In this document: positions 23,024 to 34,545 of the stretch, piece after piece
How the letters are laid out: each line of letters starts with the position of its first letter
Numbering within the stretch: the first letter of the stretch is position 1
Source: Schmidtea nova
Lineage: Eukaryota
Assembly (NCBI GenBank): GCA_044892505.1
Contig: CM097882.1
Span: forward strand, 309,132,001-309,196,000
Length of the DNA stretch: 64,000 nucleotides
Direction of reading: 5' to 3'
Position numbers and translations under genes: made by a program
The notes under the pieces: model-generated
The model's database searches: none
The model's input: the letters and a program-made list of their open reading frames with translations, nothing else
Told to the model about the DNA's origin: nothing

Positions 23024-26000
23024 TTATTGAAATAAATCATCTTCATCTTCGTCATCTTCTTGAATATCTTCATCTTCGGTAATTGAATCCCCCATAACTG
23101 TAAAACTTTCTCTACAATGTCCATAAGCAATACTTTTATTTTTCTCAACCCAAAGTCTCTTATCATCGAGGTTAGTAAGTGCAATTTTTGAAAACTTATT
23201 AGTAAAAATTTGATGATTTTTACTCACAAATCGAGACTGCTCTACTGAAACTATAGTATTATTTCTATAACAATCAAGATAAGACCGATGCTTCAGTTTA
23301 GTATCTTTCAAACAGACGCCTTTAGCCTTTAAACATTCCTTATCACCTAAAAGACTATAACATTTAGGTCTAAGAAAAACCCATTCCTTATATTTATGAC
23401 CCTTATTTTCGTCTTTAAACTTTCCTATAACAGAATCAAGTTTTTTCGAATATAAAGAATGACTAGGGTCGTAATTCGATGTATCCAAAAGACAATCTCT
23501 AACCATCGCAGGTAACAGAATATCAAGCTTACAATTCTTAATCTCCAAGAAAAAAGAGTCAGTATCGCCTGCAACTATATTAATCTCACAGTTGAATTCA
23601 TTGCGATATTTTTGCAATTCTTCATACTGGAGTTGATACATTCTAAGTTTAGATAAATCCAGTACACTTTGGCCAATGTAGCTGGGTCTATCTAAACACA
23701 CAGAGTCCTTATTAAGCAAGACAGAAATTAGATCATCATCAATCCTATAAGTTTTTCTAAAGGTAGGTTTTGATGTATATGTAATCAGTTTTGATGCTGA
23801 ATTACAAAGTCGTAAATTGAGTCTTTTCTTAAGATTTTCGACAGTTTTTCCATAAAGACTATTATTTAAAAGTTTGTAATAGTTTTTATCTAAAACAAAC
23901 GATAAAGCTGCCCTAAGTTCAGTGTTTGTATCAATATATTTTTTAAAGATGGGTTTCTGTTTGTACTGAACAGCCCGATGAACTCGTGTTATTTTAACAC
24001 CCAAAGAAACAAAAAGCTTGAGAAGCCTCCAATGAACAACATAGTTGAACTTTGGATAATGCGTAAGCATTAACTTCTCAACTTTAGAATTGGGAGCACA
24101 CATTTTCTCTGCTGCAACCGGAAAGTCATTTAATTTATCGTGAATTTCAACTGGGATTACCAAGTCAACTTCAAATGTTACACCGATTGTTAAAAGTTCC
24201 AAGTCAGCATCCATCAAATTAATTAATTTATTTAATTTTTTCTCATCATTAATCCATTTAAATTTACCACAAGGTAATTTTTGGCTTAAGGCCCAACCGT
24301 ACAAATTATTAATATCGATGTAAAGTAGTTCAGTCGTTTCGGAGGATACTACATGATGCTTGTTGACAAATGTCAAACCACCACGGATCCCCCCTTCGAA
24401 AAAATTATACATCTCCATATCCTGGAGCAATTCAATAAGCCCACGACATACCTGGAATACCCAAGAAATTCAACGGTTCTAACCTATTATGAGAAATTGA
24501 CTTGGCTCTAAACTGTTGAAAGAAATCAGCAAGAAGAAAGACATCAAGTTTTAAGTATATCATCATATAGTCACAAAGAGTTTGACAATTAGTTTCCCTC
24601 CAAATAACTAATGCCTTGTCGTATTCAGCCTGCTTAACACCCTCCCAGATTGGTGGCAACTCATAAGTGTTGTTAAGAATTTCTAACGATGTTGCAAAAT
24701 CATAAGGAAAAATACCCTTACAGTCAACAATAGTCCCGGTGAATTCAGATCTAGTCAAAGGTAATGAAGTCAATGTTTTAACCGCATCATTTAAACTGGA
24801 GTTAATAAATTGACAAGAATCGATGAATTTAATTGTTAAATCGCCGACTCTTGCAGACAAAGTAAGGAATTTTTCACTCGTAGTTGGAATACATGATATA
24901 TTCCAAGTTGAAAAGTTTGCCAATCCATATTTAAGAATATGGTGCATGTCATACCCTTTTAAATTATGAAACACAACCGGTAGTTCCTTACGAATCTGTC
25001 TAGTAAGATTACATTTTAAGCAAGCAGCTCCCAAGAATTCACAAGTGTAGTGATCATGGTCTCTAACCGGATTAACTAAACGATTTTTACAAAGATAACA
25101 ATTTGTAGATGAGGCAAAAGATATTTTATTTTCAAATGTCATAATAAGTGGTTTTTTGAAATTGTTTTTATAAAAAGGAAAAACAATTTCTTCACCTATA
25201 TTATTAATTTCAGCAAGAAAATTAGTAACGCAATCAAGACCTAAGAAACTCTTGTAAATCTTTTCACCAGTGAAATTATTTACAAGTAAAAGACCGGCAG
25301 ATATTGGGACATGTCTTTGAAAGTACTTATCATCAGCAGGTAAGATTGCCTCAAAATCGGCGTAAACAACAAAAGGTGGAGTAATTGTTTTGCCCCAATT
25401 ACTTAATGTCAAATAAGGATTTTTAGGCAAAGTATATAGAGTTGTGCCTAATTGATTTTTAGAACACAACTCTTGATGACGAACAAAAGAATCTTGATAT
25501 CTAAACCCATTCAAGCATCGATGGCACCATATACTTTGAATACGAGTACCAGATATCGATTTATTGTCAAGATTTAAAAGCCTATCAAGATTGGTTACTG
25601 CTATATAATGAAAAGAGTCACCATTTTGTAAAAGAATCAAGTTAATAGGGATTCCGTCTACTACTTTCGACCTATGAATTATATCAATACACGGATGTTT
25701 GAAAACTTCAGGCTTAGTGTCTAGAATTCCAGATTCATCATATGAAAGTACATTAATCGCATATCCCGGGTTTTTAGCTTCAAACTTTGGGATATTGCAA
25801 AGACGCATAGGCAAATCAGAAGGACTAAAGTTAACATCAGAAAGATTGTAATTACTGATCCTATGTTTATTTTTACGACCAGATATCTCATCATATTTAA
25901 TAATTACCAAAACAGAATAGATAAAGCACAAGTCATCAGAATTCTGAACATTTACAACACAATGTTTTGATTTTAAAGATTCAGGAGTGTCAATACCACC

Positions 26001-26894
26001 GTAACCTATCAACCTACTAATTTCAGAAAATTTGGTTAATATGAAATGAATTTCATTAATTTTATTAATTATCCAGTTACTACCTCTATTATTAATTAAT
26101 GTAATTTTTTCATTAAGAATATTAATGCCATCGTCTATAAAGGTATCTGTGACACGTTTTGCAGAGTTAGAAATAACTATAGTTTGAAAAGCACCATCTT
26201 TTTCAAACTCAACTTCGATGCAAAATTGAATTTTAACCGTTCCCATGGTTTCAATTACATTATTTAATTTATTAATTAAATTATCAGGTACAAACATGCT
26301 TTTTAAATTCAAGTTAGTCACAATCATTTTCACTATAGCATGTGATTTATTTAAATCAAATTTAACAACAGGTAAAATGGAGCCACCAACCTGTACTTCA
26401 GGAACTAAAGAGTATTTATCGTCACAAATTTTATCAAAAGAACCACCAATTTGAATATTATCGATAGGATCAAAAGTATCTACAACCACAAAATCAGAAA
26501 GAATATTTAAATCAAGAATGTTATCAGGAATGATATCATTATCAAGAATGGTATCATTATCAAGAATTTTATCATCAAGAATGGTATCATTATCAAGAAT
26601 GTTATCATCATCATCAGAAATTACAACTATATCTGAAGGAACAACCGAATGAACAATTGAAGAAATATCATCAGAAAGAACTGACTTGTTAATTTTGATT
26701 GGGATTGGATTATTTTCATTACATTTTCTTTTAATCGGTAATTTAAAAATTGATTTTTTAGATGTTTTAAATTGATCTAAATGATCGCAATGAGTATTGT
26801 AAAAGTCAATATACGAAGAGGACGAAGTAGATTTGCAAAAAGGACAAATGTAGTAGGTTTTACAGTTATGAGGGTATGCATAATATCTTTCCAT
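23024..26894 (-). pseudogene. Protein-primed DNA polymerase B, split by one frameshifting deletion at ~24432
   Basis: VVYADFE (Exo I), VRDHDH..C..C insertion, FHNLKGYD, FIDS, YLKLDV, DINNLYG, KLLNNSLYGK, AGDTDS, RPKCY. The junction SWA|IELL lacks ~8 conserved residues. Confidence 0.93.
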
Positions 26895-27180
26895 TAATTC
26901 ATGGCATTTTACATCATGAATTGTGGAGTTGCAATATTTTTGATATATATTGCCTATAAATTTTAAAAAATAATATAAAAATAATGATCAAAATAATGAT
27001 AAAAATTATGATAAAAATATTATGATAAAAATTATGATAAAATATCAATGATGTATATCAAGTGTGTATACACACATTCAATTCAAAATATCGTAATATA
27101 TATTTATTGATTATGATTGGTCAAAATAATTTAAAAATTACTATATAAACGACTTATAAAATTAAAATAATCATTAAAAA

Positions 27181-27709
27181 ATGTATCAACTGAAAAGTAA
27201 GATTAATTAATTTTAAATGATTATTTTTAAATTTTCTTTTTCTAGAATCGAAAAGAATGTCAAAACAAGAAATAATGAAGATTATACTTGAGGAAAATCC
27301 TATTTCTTCATCTAATTTGGCATTGAATTCACCAGTTCAATTCATGCAATACTCGATGGAGTATTTGAAATATCCGATCAAATATTCATTTAAAGTAATT
27401 AATTAAAAATTATAAAAATCTAATTAATATTATTTACAGGAACCTGTTACATTGAAACAATGTCAATTCAATATTCAGGTTGGAAAAATCGGAGAAACTG
27501 ATAGAAAGAATCTATCAGAAATTTTAATGCTAATAAATAAAGATATTCAATTCAACGAGGAATTCACATATATGAACTGTAAAAAAGAAACAGATTTAGG
27601 CAAATTAGATGATAATTCAATGTATCAAATTCAAATTATCTTACAAGGATTTAAACAAACTGAAAACGTGATAAAACCTATTTGGAAAATTATCGAATTT
27701 CATGAATAA
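27181..27709 (+). CDS. Three-exon accessory gene (exons 27181-27196, 27246-27394, 27440-27709); putative OB-fold ssDNA-binding protein
   Basis: GT-AG introns of 49 and 45 nt give one continuous frame MYQLKKSKRMSKQE...WKIIEFHE. C-terminal S.Y.I.I.L.GF...P.WKI pattern resembles viral SSBs; homolog at 2308-2526. Confidence 0.65.
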
Positions 27710-27805
27710 ACTCTTGTTTAATTTGTTCTTTATTTTTCTTATTTACATTAAATATATTTTAAAAATAATATATAAATATATCATTTATAAAATATATTTA
27801 TTATA

Positions 27806-28090
27806 AAAATTAATTAAATTCATATAAAAATCTATCGATTATTAATTAAATTCATATAAAATCTATTAATTAAATCTATATAAAAAATCTAACAATTATT
27901 AATTAAATTCATATAAAAATCTATCGATTATTAATTAAATCTATATAAAGAAAAATCTATCAATTATTAATTAAATCTATATAAAAATCTATCAATTAAA
28001 TTAATTAAATCTATATAAAAAATCTAACAATTATTAATTAAATTCATATAAAGAAAAATCTATCAATTATTAATTAAATTCATATAAAAA
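27806..28090. repeat. Tandem array of ~9 units of ~24-36 bp (TAATTAAAT-C/TC-ATATAAAAATCT)
   Basis: Direct inspection; a second 33-34 bp array lies at ~28440-28610. Confidence 0.85.
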
Positions 28091-28113
28091 ATAAACATTT
28101 AATCAATATATAT

Positions 28114-28323
28114 TTAATCAATATATAAATACTTACATTTAAGTATCGATGGTTTAATTTTCTTTGACATAATATTGCTTGATTTAATTTTCATTGGTAT
28201 AACATTGTTTGGTATAATTTTCATTGACATAATATTGCTTGGTTCAATTTTCTTTGACATAATATTGCTTGGTTCAATTTTCTTTGACATAATATTGTTT
28301 GGTAAAATTTTCTTTGTTGTCAT
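28114..28323 (-). CDS. Small ORF made of 10-aa repeats (MSKKIEPSNI)
   Basis: 30-bp tandem repeats in frame; preceded by a 49-nt GTAAGT...TACAG putative 5'-UTR intron (28335-28383). Confidence 0.45.
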   Translation of the reverse strand: MTTKKILPNNIMSKKIEPSNIMSKKIEPSNIMSMKIIPNNVIPMKIKSSNIMSKKIKPSILKCKYLYID

Positions 28324-28712
28324 TATTTAAAAATCTGTAAAAAATAAATTTAAAAATATTCATAAAAAATTAAACTTACTTACTTAAGTTAGCTTGTTCG
28401 TAAAAATGTCGTTTATTTAAACGAAATTATTTTTAAATTAATGTAATTTAAAATTAATTAAATATTTTACAATATGTAATTTAAAATTAATTAAATATTT
28501 TTACAATATGTAATTTAAAATTAATTAAATATTTTTACAATATGTAATTTAAAATTAATTAAATATTTTTACAATATTAAAATTACTTAAATATTTTACA
28601 ATATGCAATTTTAAATTAATAAATTCAAACATAAAAATTCACTTTTGTATTAGCGAATACCATAAATAGAAAAAGTCGTTTTATAATAAAAGTCGTTTTA
28701 TAATAAAAAATT

Positions 28713-29092
28713 TTATTTCATATATTTTAGCCAAGCTAAACAATGTTGCCCACAGGTTTTTGTCATTGGATTTTGATATCGAATTCTGTTATATTCTATT
28801 GGTTTTAACATTGACGATAATTTTTTCAATAATATCGGTGGATAATAAAATCCCATTGGATCAAACACGTATATTTTATCGGGTTTATTATAAATTGCAA
28901 GCCAATGTTCACCTTTGAGGTTTGATGATTGAGTATTGACAATCAATGCTTTATTCACATCTATATACGGTATTTTATCTAGAGGAAAAACTCCTAGAAA
29001 TTCCGATCCAATCAATTTTCTAGCAATCTGATCTACCTGAATTGAACTAAAATCAATAAAATTTAATTAATAAAAAATAAATCTTACTTCAT
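28713..29092 (-). CDS. Adenain-like cysteine protease (2 exons: 29088-29092 and 28713-29046)
   Basis: FLGVFPLD, NTQ...GEHW, FDPMG, YQ...TCGQHC. A 41-nt intron gives the N-terminus MNSIQVDQIARKLIGSEF. Confidence 0.93.
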
Positions 29093-29153
29093 TTACTTTT
29101 TTAATTAATAAAAAAAAATAGTTTATATTAAACGAGTATTGTTTGAGCTCTGC

Positions 29154-30380
29154 TCAAACCAGTATTGTTCGATTAGCTGTAATTTGTAATTCCTTTTCAA
29201 AAACTCCATATACAATTACAGAAACTGATTCAGTCAATGGTGTACCAAATTTAATATCAAGTCTTAGATTACCTTGTTGTGGTAATTGACTTTGATTTAG
29301 GTCAAAATCTGGAGCCAAAACGAAGGTGAAAAAAGGATATTTACTTTTCCAATCTGCTAAAGTAATACCGCAATTCATACTCTTATTCAGGTAACCAAGG
29401 TTACGGACAATAGATTGCATATAACTAGTACTACAAATATCATTTTCAAAATCTTGAGAATATTTTTCACGATAATCACTTCCTTTCGATAAAGTTAATG
29501 ATTTGACATTAAAATGATCGTAAATAGAATAAGTTTCAGTAAAAGAACCACTATGTCTTTTATTTCCTTGAAATGCTACAAGAATAAAGTTTGGTAATCG
29601 TCTATCGCCAAAGATTTGTTCCTTATAAAATGAAGAAGAACCCATTGGCAATGAAAATTCTACAACTTCCTTATTTCTTATTGGATAAATTGCATTTCTT
29701 GTACCAAGTCCAATTTGATGCCCAGCATAAACTGATGGTTCTACTCGAACTCTTCTAACCATTAATTTTGCCTCTAATAATTCAATTATAGGTTCAATTT
29801 TTGTACATGTTAAACTATTGGATGGATTTGATCTCGTCAATTTAATTTGAACACTAACACCTGGTAATAAATACTTGGGCTGTTCCATGAAATCGAAATG
29901 TAATGGAGAACAAATTGAAAATGGTTTTGATTTTGCAATCCATGCTTTTCTAGTAAGATCATGGTCATTGTATCCCATTGGAGTTAAAGATGTGTGTTTT
30001 GTATCACTATTGTAGTTGAGAATAGTTTCAATCATGGCTTTGTGTGTAAATGTATCATTTCCTCCTTCAACTTTAGTAGAATTGAAAATTAATTCGGCTT
30101 CTTTAAAAAGAGTTTGGAAAAAGAAATTGTTGGGAGTAACATCAGCATCCAATCCTAAATTTTCACCCGATTTGTTTACAACTTTGACCTGAAGAGATAG
30201 TAAAATATCGTTCAAATCTAAATATTCAGTTTGAGATCCATTGATGTAAAATTGAATAGATGATGTCCCAGCATCTGTAATTGAATTTGTTGGGTAAATA
30301 TCTTCAAATGCACCATGTTCAATTACTGCTTGTGGAGATGGTCTATCAAAAACACATAATTCAGATTTTGCACTAATCAT
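29154..30380 (-). CDS. Major capsid protein (double jelly-roll), intact 408 aa
   Basis: Position between protease and penton; SEL.VF...Q, YLDL.D..L, KLTRS, P.FILVAF, FTFVL.PD, G.LRLDIKF are typical Polinton MCP motifs. Confidence 0.88.
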   Translation of the reverse strand: MISAKSELCVFDRPSPQAVIEHGAFEDIYPTNSITDAGTSSIQFYINGSQTEYLDLNDILLSLQVKVVNKSGENLGLDADVTPNNFFFQTLFKEAELIFNSTKVEGGNDTFTHKAMIETILNYNSDTKHTSLTPMGYNDHDLTRKAWIAKSKPFSICSPLHFDFMEQPKYLLPGVSVQIKLTRSNPSNSLTCTKIEPIIELLEAKLMVRRVRVEPSVYAGHQIGLGTRNAIYPIRNKEVVEFSLPMGSSSFYKEQIFGDRRLPNFILVAFQGNKRHSGSFTETYSIYDHFNVKSLTLSKGSDYREKYSQDFENDICSTSYMQSIVRNLGYLNKSMNCGITLADWKSKYPFFTFVLAPDFDLNQSQLPQQGNLRLDIKFGTPLTESVSVIVYGVFEKELQITANRTILV

Positions 30381-30784
30381 TTTTCAAAAATTGTTCCATA
30401 TCCTTTCATTCTTTTGTTTATATGTTTCTTCATATTTCTTTTTCGTTTAAGAATTCCGCCATTTTGTTTATTTTCAGTTTTATTTTCGTTAAACACATCA
30501 GTCACTTTACTAATTACTTGTGGTAAATGATGAATCACATCGGGCAATGAGTCTTTAATTTCAGAAATGACATTGGATTTTAGTGCAGGTAAAATCTTTG
30601 AATTATTATTTAACACATCATTGGCAGTTTTCATACCAAAATTTCCAATACGTCTAAGAATTGGTAATGCAAATCTACCTATCGTTTTCAACCAACCAGT
30701 TCCATATTGTTTACCTACAAAATACGGTAATTCTCCACCTGATTGGCTGTTGCTATAGAAACTGATAATATCTGGATTATTCAT
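30377..30784 (-). CDS. Conserved Maverick ORF upstream of MCP; putative virion core or membrane protein with QxGG/QxGxG motifs
   Basis: QSGG, QYGTG, an amphipathic WLKTIGRFALPILRRIG segment, QNGG and a basic tail. Confidence 0.7.
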   Translation of the reverse strand: MNNPDIISFYSNSQSGGELPYFVGKQYGTGWLKTIGRFALPILRRIGNFGMKTANDVLNNNSKILPALKSNVISEIKDSLPDVIHHLPQVISKVTDVFNENKTENKQNGGILKRKRNMKKHINKRMKGYGTIFEK

Positions 30785-31795
30785 TTATTTTACGGAAATG
30801 TAATGTCAAGTAAGTTTTGTCTTCTTTTGCAAATTTAACTATTTTTCCACTGTCATCACGAATATTGATTTCAATATTGTTTATATATGTGGAACTGACC
30901 GGTAAATACATTGGATTTTTCTCAACAATTTGAACCAAATCACCCTTTTTATGTTTTTCAACCCAAACACATTTCAATAGGGGAACTGACATGTCACCAA
31001 CAAGAATTGGTTGAATAATATTCGTATAGATGAACATTTGTTGATGAAGTTTTAAAACTTGTGGATAATATACGCCATCAATAATTTTGTCAAAGAATTC
31101 TTGTTCAACTAATCCTAATGAATTTGCTAAATTCCTACTAAATTTGACACTAGTTATATCATCTTCAAGAATTAATTTAATTAATTTTCCTTCTTTAATA
31201 TCAATCACTTTAAATGGATGTGGATAAAAAGTTTCAATTTGATCAGATAATTCAGTAATATTATTTATTATTAAATCGTCTTTGAAATTATCTGTGTATT
31301 CAACAGGAAAAGTATAAGTTATAGTAAATCGTATAGTATCATCAAGTTTTTTATTTTCATTTGCTGGAATTTTAATTTTGTTTAATTCATCATTAAATGT
31401 CACAGCTTTTTCTTGAAACCCTAATTTTTTAGCTTCATCAACACTATCAAATATTATTTGAAATATTATTTACAATTTACATTTAAAATATTGCCATCAA
31501 TATACATTAAATAATAATTAGAATCGTGACTTATATCATATTCTTTCTTTTGTTGGTTAAAATTGAAATATTCATAACTAGAATGTAATTCATTTCTAGT
31601 AAATTTTATACTTGAACTATTATAAAATGGAAATTCATTGTACACAAAAGTAAAATCCATAAGAGCAACTTCCCAACTACCATCCAAATAAATAGGGTTT
31701 TGATATTCAACATTGAATTTTCCAACTTTATTATTGGGATGTGTCAATGGACAAGAATTGCTTGGTAAATTAACATAAAAATCTTTTTTAATCAT
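30777..31795 (-). pseudogene. Minor capsid (penton) paralog 2, broken by a stop plus frameshift near 31450
   Basis: FYVNLPSN...WEVALMDF and QMFIYTNII...VGD...PLL...MYLPV...IEINIRDDSG...LTLHFRK, paralogous to 31788-32825. Confidence 0.85.
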
Positions 31796-32825
31796 TTATT
31801 TTACGAAAATGTAGAGTCAAATGAGTCTTTGTATCTTTTGAAAATTTAATTAATTTTCCACTGTCATCACGAATATTGATTTCAATGTTGTTTATAGTTG
31901 ATGTTGAAATCGGCAAATACATTGGATTCTTTATTTCAATTTGTACAACTTCGCCTTGGTCATATTTCTTGATCCAAATTGATTTAAGGAGGGGAACTCG
32001 TACATCTCCAACAGTCACTGGTTCGATAATGTTGCTGTAAATGAACATTTGCTGATGAAGTTGTAAAATTTTGGGGATTTTTACACCAATTATTTCGGTA
32101 TCAGTATATGTTTGTTTCTGTAGACTCAGAGATTTGGTTAAATTTGAATCAAAAGTAATTTTTGAAATATTATCCTGAAGAATAATTTTAACCAATTCAT
32201 TATTGACAAGTTTCATTTCTTTAAATGGAGATGGATTAATTTTCATTAAATATCCTTGTAATTCCGGTAATGACGTTATGAATAATTCATCTTGAAAATA
32301 ATAATTATTAACAGTTTTAATGTCATAATTTATTAAAATTCCAAATTGTTCAAGACTATTATCATTCGTGAATTTTGGTAATTTTAAACGACAATGGTCA
32401 TTTTCACTTGTAATTGATATATTTTCCAATCCAAAACTTTTTGCATGTTCAAGATCTGGAAATGTAATTTTAAATGGAACATGTGGGCAAACAATCACTA
32501 AATAATTATATTTTTCAATAAATACATCAGTGTCTGAACTAGGTTGAGAAACTATAACTTGAATTGTTTTATTTTGATTATTAATTCTCAAATAACTAAT
32601 TTCTTGAATTTCTCTTTTAGTTTCAATTTGAATAAAAGAATTACTATAATACGGAAACAAATTATACACAAAAGTAAAATCAATCAAAGCAACTTCCCAA
32701 TCGTCATTACTATTTAAATAAATCGGATTTTGAAATTCTACATTAAAATTACTAGCTTCATTATTAGGATAAATAAGAGGACATGCATTGCTAGGTAAAA
32801 TCATATAAAACTGGTTCTCTTTCAT
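31788..32825 (-). CDS. Minor capsid (penton) paralog 1, intact 345 aa
   Basis: FYMILPSN...WEVALIDF...MFIYSNII...VGDV.VPLL...YLPI...IEINIRDDSG...LTLHFR, the Polinton penton pattern. Confidence 0.88.
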   Translation of the reverse strand: MKENQFYMILPSNACPLIYPNNEASNFNVEFQNPIYLNSNDDWEVALIDFTFVYNLFPYYSNSFIQIETKREIQEISYLRINNQNKTIQVIVSQPSSDTDVFIEKYNYLVIVCPHVPFKITFPDLEHAKSFGLENISITSENDHCRLKLPKFTNDNSLEQFGILINYDIKTVNNYYFQDELFITSLPELQGYLMKINPSPFKEMKLVNNELVKIILQDNISKITFDSNLTKSLSLQKQTYTDTEIIGVKIPKILQLHQQMFIYSNIIEPVTVGDVRVPLLKSIWIKKYDQGEVVQIEIKNPMYLPISTSTINNIEINIRDDSGKLIKFSKDTKTHLTLHFRKIND

Positions 32826-32830
32826 AATAT

Positions 32831-33916
32831 TTATTTAATCAATTGTTTTTCAGATATCCAACTTGGAGTTTCATAGCCATGCCATTTAACGTAATATTGT
32901 TTATATTTCCCATCAGTTTTGGTTTTTAAAATCTTTTGAATTCTAAAAACTGTGGGAGCTGGAATAACTTGAAGTTCTTGTTCGTAGAATTTACCCTCGA
33001 TTACATTGTTTTCATGATCGGAAATAGTATACATGACAGGATTTTGATTAGTATCAACATTTGAGATTTGATATACTTCATCACTCCAATTACTATCAAA
33101 ATTTTTGATGAATGGAGAAGCACTAATTTTACTCATTCTCACATAATCGCCTACTTTATATTTCGGTTTTTTATTAATTGATTTTAATCTATCTTTTATC
33201 CATCCGTCAAAATTATTATTTGAATAAACATCGATAGGTTTCATTTTATTTAATCCCGAATGCGGTGATCGATTGTAACTGGAAATAATTTTCGGTAAAA
33301 CATTTATCCACGTTTTGTTACCTTGATACACAAAATACTTTTTCAAGCGATCTCTTAAAGTACGATTAAATCTTTCAACATGAGCAGCTTTGAATTGAGA
33401 AAATACAGAATAATGATTGATTCCTTTGATCACTTCTTTTACTTTGCTGTTATAAAACTCTTTTCCTAAATTAAAATTAATTAATTTTTAAAAATTTAAT
33501 TTATTACCCAAATCAGGTTGTAAATTACGTGGCTTCCCATCTTTAAATAAAGATTCAATAGCCTCAGCCATTTCATTAGCAGATTTAGTTTTTGTTGGAA
33601 TAGCTCGTGCATAACGGCTAAAAACATCAATACAAGTCAAAATATATTTGTAACCCTTGTTAATTTTAGAATAAGGAATCATTTCCATTAAATCCATTTG
33701 CCATAAATCGTTACCCCCAAAAGTTTTATATTTGCGTGTAGGAAATCTTTTCAACATTGGTTTATTTAAACTCTATGCCAATTGATCAGATAACCATTTC
33801 TGAGTTTCATTCTTTGAACTTTTTATTCTTTTTGCCAATTTTTTGACTGAACCAAAACCATCGGGATCTTTTGGGTTTGTCCATATCGTTTTTATATTCT
33901 TCATGATTTTCTTCAT
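32831..33916 (-). pseudogene. Retroviral-like integrase with C-terminal chromodomain; 42-nt intron (33466-33507) and premature TAG (33773-33775)
   Basis: WQMDL, CIDVFSR, spliced QPDLG|KEFYN, VERFNRTL, YYVKWHGY...SW. The relative at 53620 reads QLAYSLNKP where this copy has TAG. Confidence 0.92.
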
Positions 33917-33978
33917 TAATACAACAATTTGTTAAAATATTTAAATCTATATTATGTTTATTCGGTTCAGAAATTTTA

Positions 33979-34308
33979 TTACCCATTTCTTAAAGATGAG
34001 ATTGCGCTTATTGCTGATAATACTATTGGAATTAATGTACCGAGAAACCCACCCTTTTGTTTATATATTATTTTTCGCATAAGATTTCTATTTTTGGTAT
34101 TCACTAATGATAAAAGTGAATTTTTATGTTTTTGTAGTTCAATTTTCTTTGATCTACTAATATTTACATTACCATGAACAATATTAAAAACGACTTCAAG
34201 TAAATCATCAATAACAAAGGGTGGGAAAGCTTGTAAAATTATCATTCGCTTATTTGTTGGAGCTTTAACCAAAGCATTAAAATACGGTAAACTACGTTCA
34301 AATTTCAT
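33979..34308 (-). CDS. Conserved Maverick ORF with a C-terminal QKGGFL amphipathic helix
   Basis: NIVHGNV.IS...KQKGGFLGTLIPIVLSAI; homolog at 53771-54064 (KQQGGF). Confidence 0.75.
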   Translation of the reverse strand: MKFERSLPYFNALVKAPTNKRMIILQAFPPFVIDDLLEVVFNIVHGNVNISRSKKIELQKHKNSLLSLVNTKNRNLMRKIIYKQKGGFLGTLIPIVLSAISAISSLRNG

Positions 34309-34338
34309 GATTAAAATTTTTGTATATATTTATTTCGT

Positions 34339-34524
34339 TTATAATTTTATCCACTTCTTAACTTGTTTCTTTCTTTTACCAATCTTTTTGGTAACTTTTT
34401 TAACTAATTTAGATTTTCGATCAACTTTTTTAAGAAGTTTTCGATCAACTTTTTTAATCAGTTTTTGATCAGCTTTTTGAACAGCTTCTTTATTTAACTT
34501 GACAATTACTTTTTTAAATGACAT
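34339..34524 (-). CDS. Small Lys-rich basic protein (possible DNA-condensing protein)
   Basis: 61 aa, very Lys-rich, tightly packed between core genes; a Lys-rich duplicated region occupies the equivalent place at 54123-54604. Confidence 0.5.
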   Translation of the reverse strand: MSFKKVIVKLNKEAVQKADQKLIKKVDRKLLKKVDRKSKLVKKVTKKIGKRKKQVKKWIKL

Positions 34525-34545
34525 TATTATTTCATTTATTTGTTT

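Noticed and set aside
24420-24450. 30-nt GTATGT...CCAG as an intron joining the two pPolB ORFs
   Set aside because: Splicing gives the wrong frame and removes conserved SW/ELL residues; a deletion explains the break better.
27806-28620. CRISPR-like array interpretation of the tandem repeats (also 38150-38345, 48908-49002)
   Set aside because: The repeats are contiguous, without unique spacers or cas genes, in a eukaryotic context.
31440-31480. Intron repairing penton paralog 2
   Set aside because: Both candidate GT donors paired with the GATAG acceptor leave the product out of frame.
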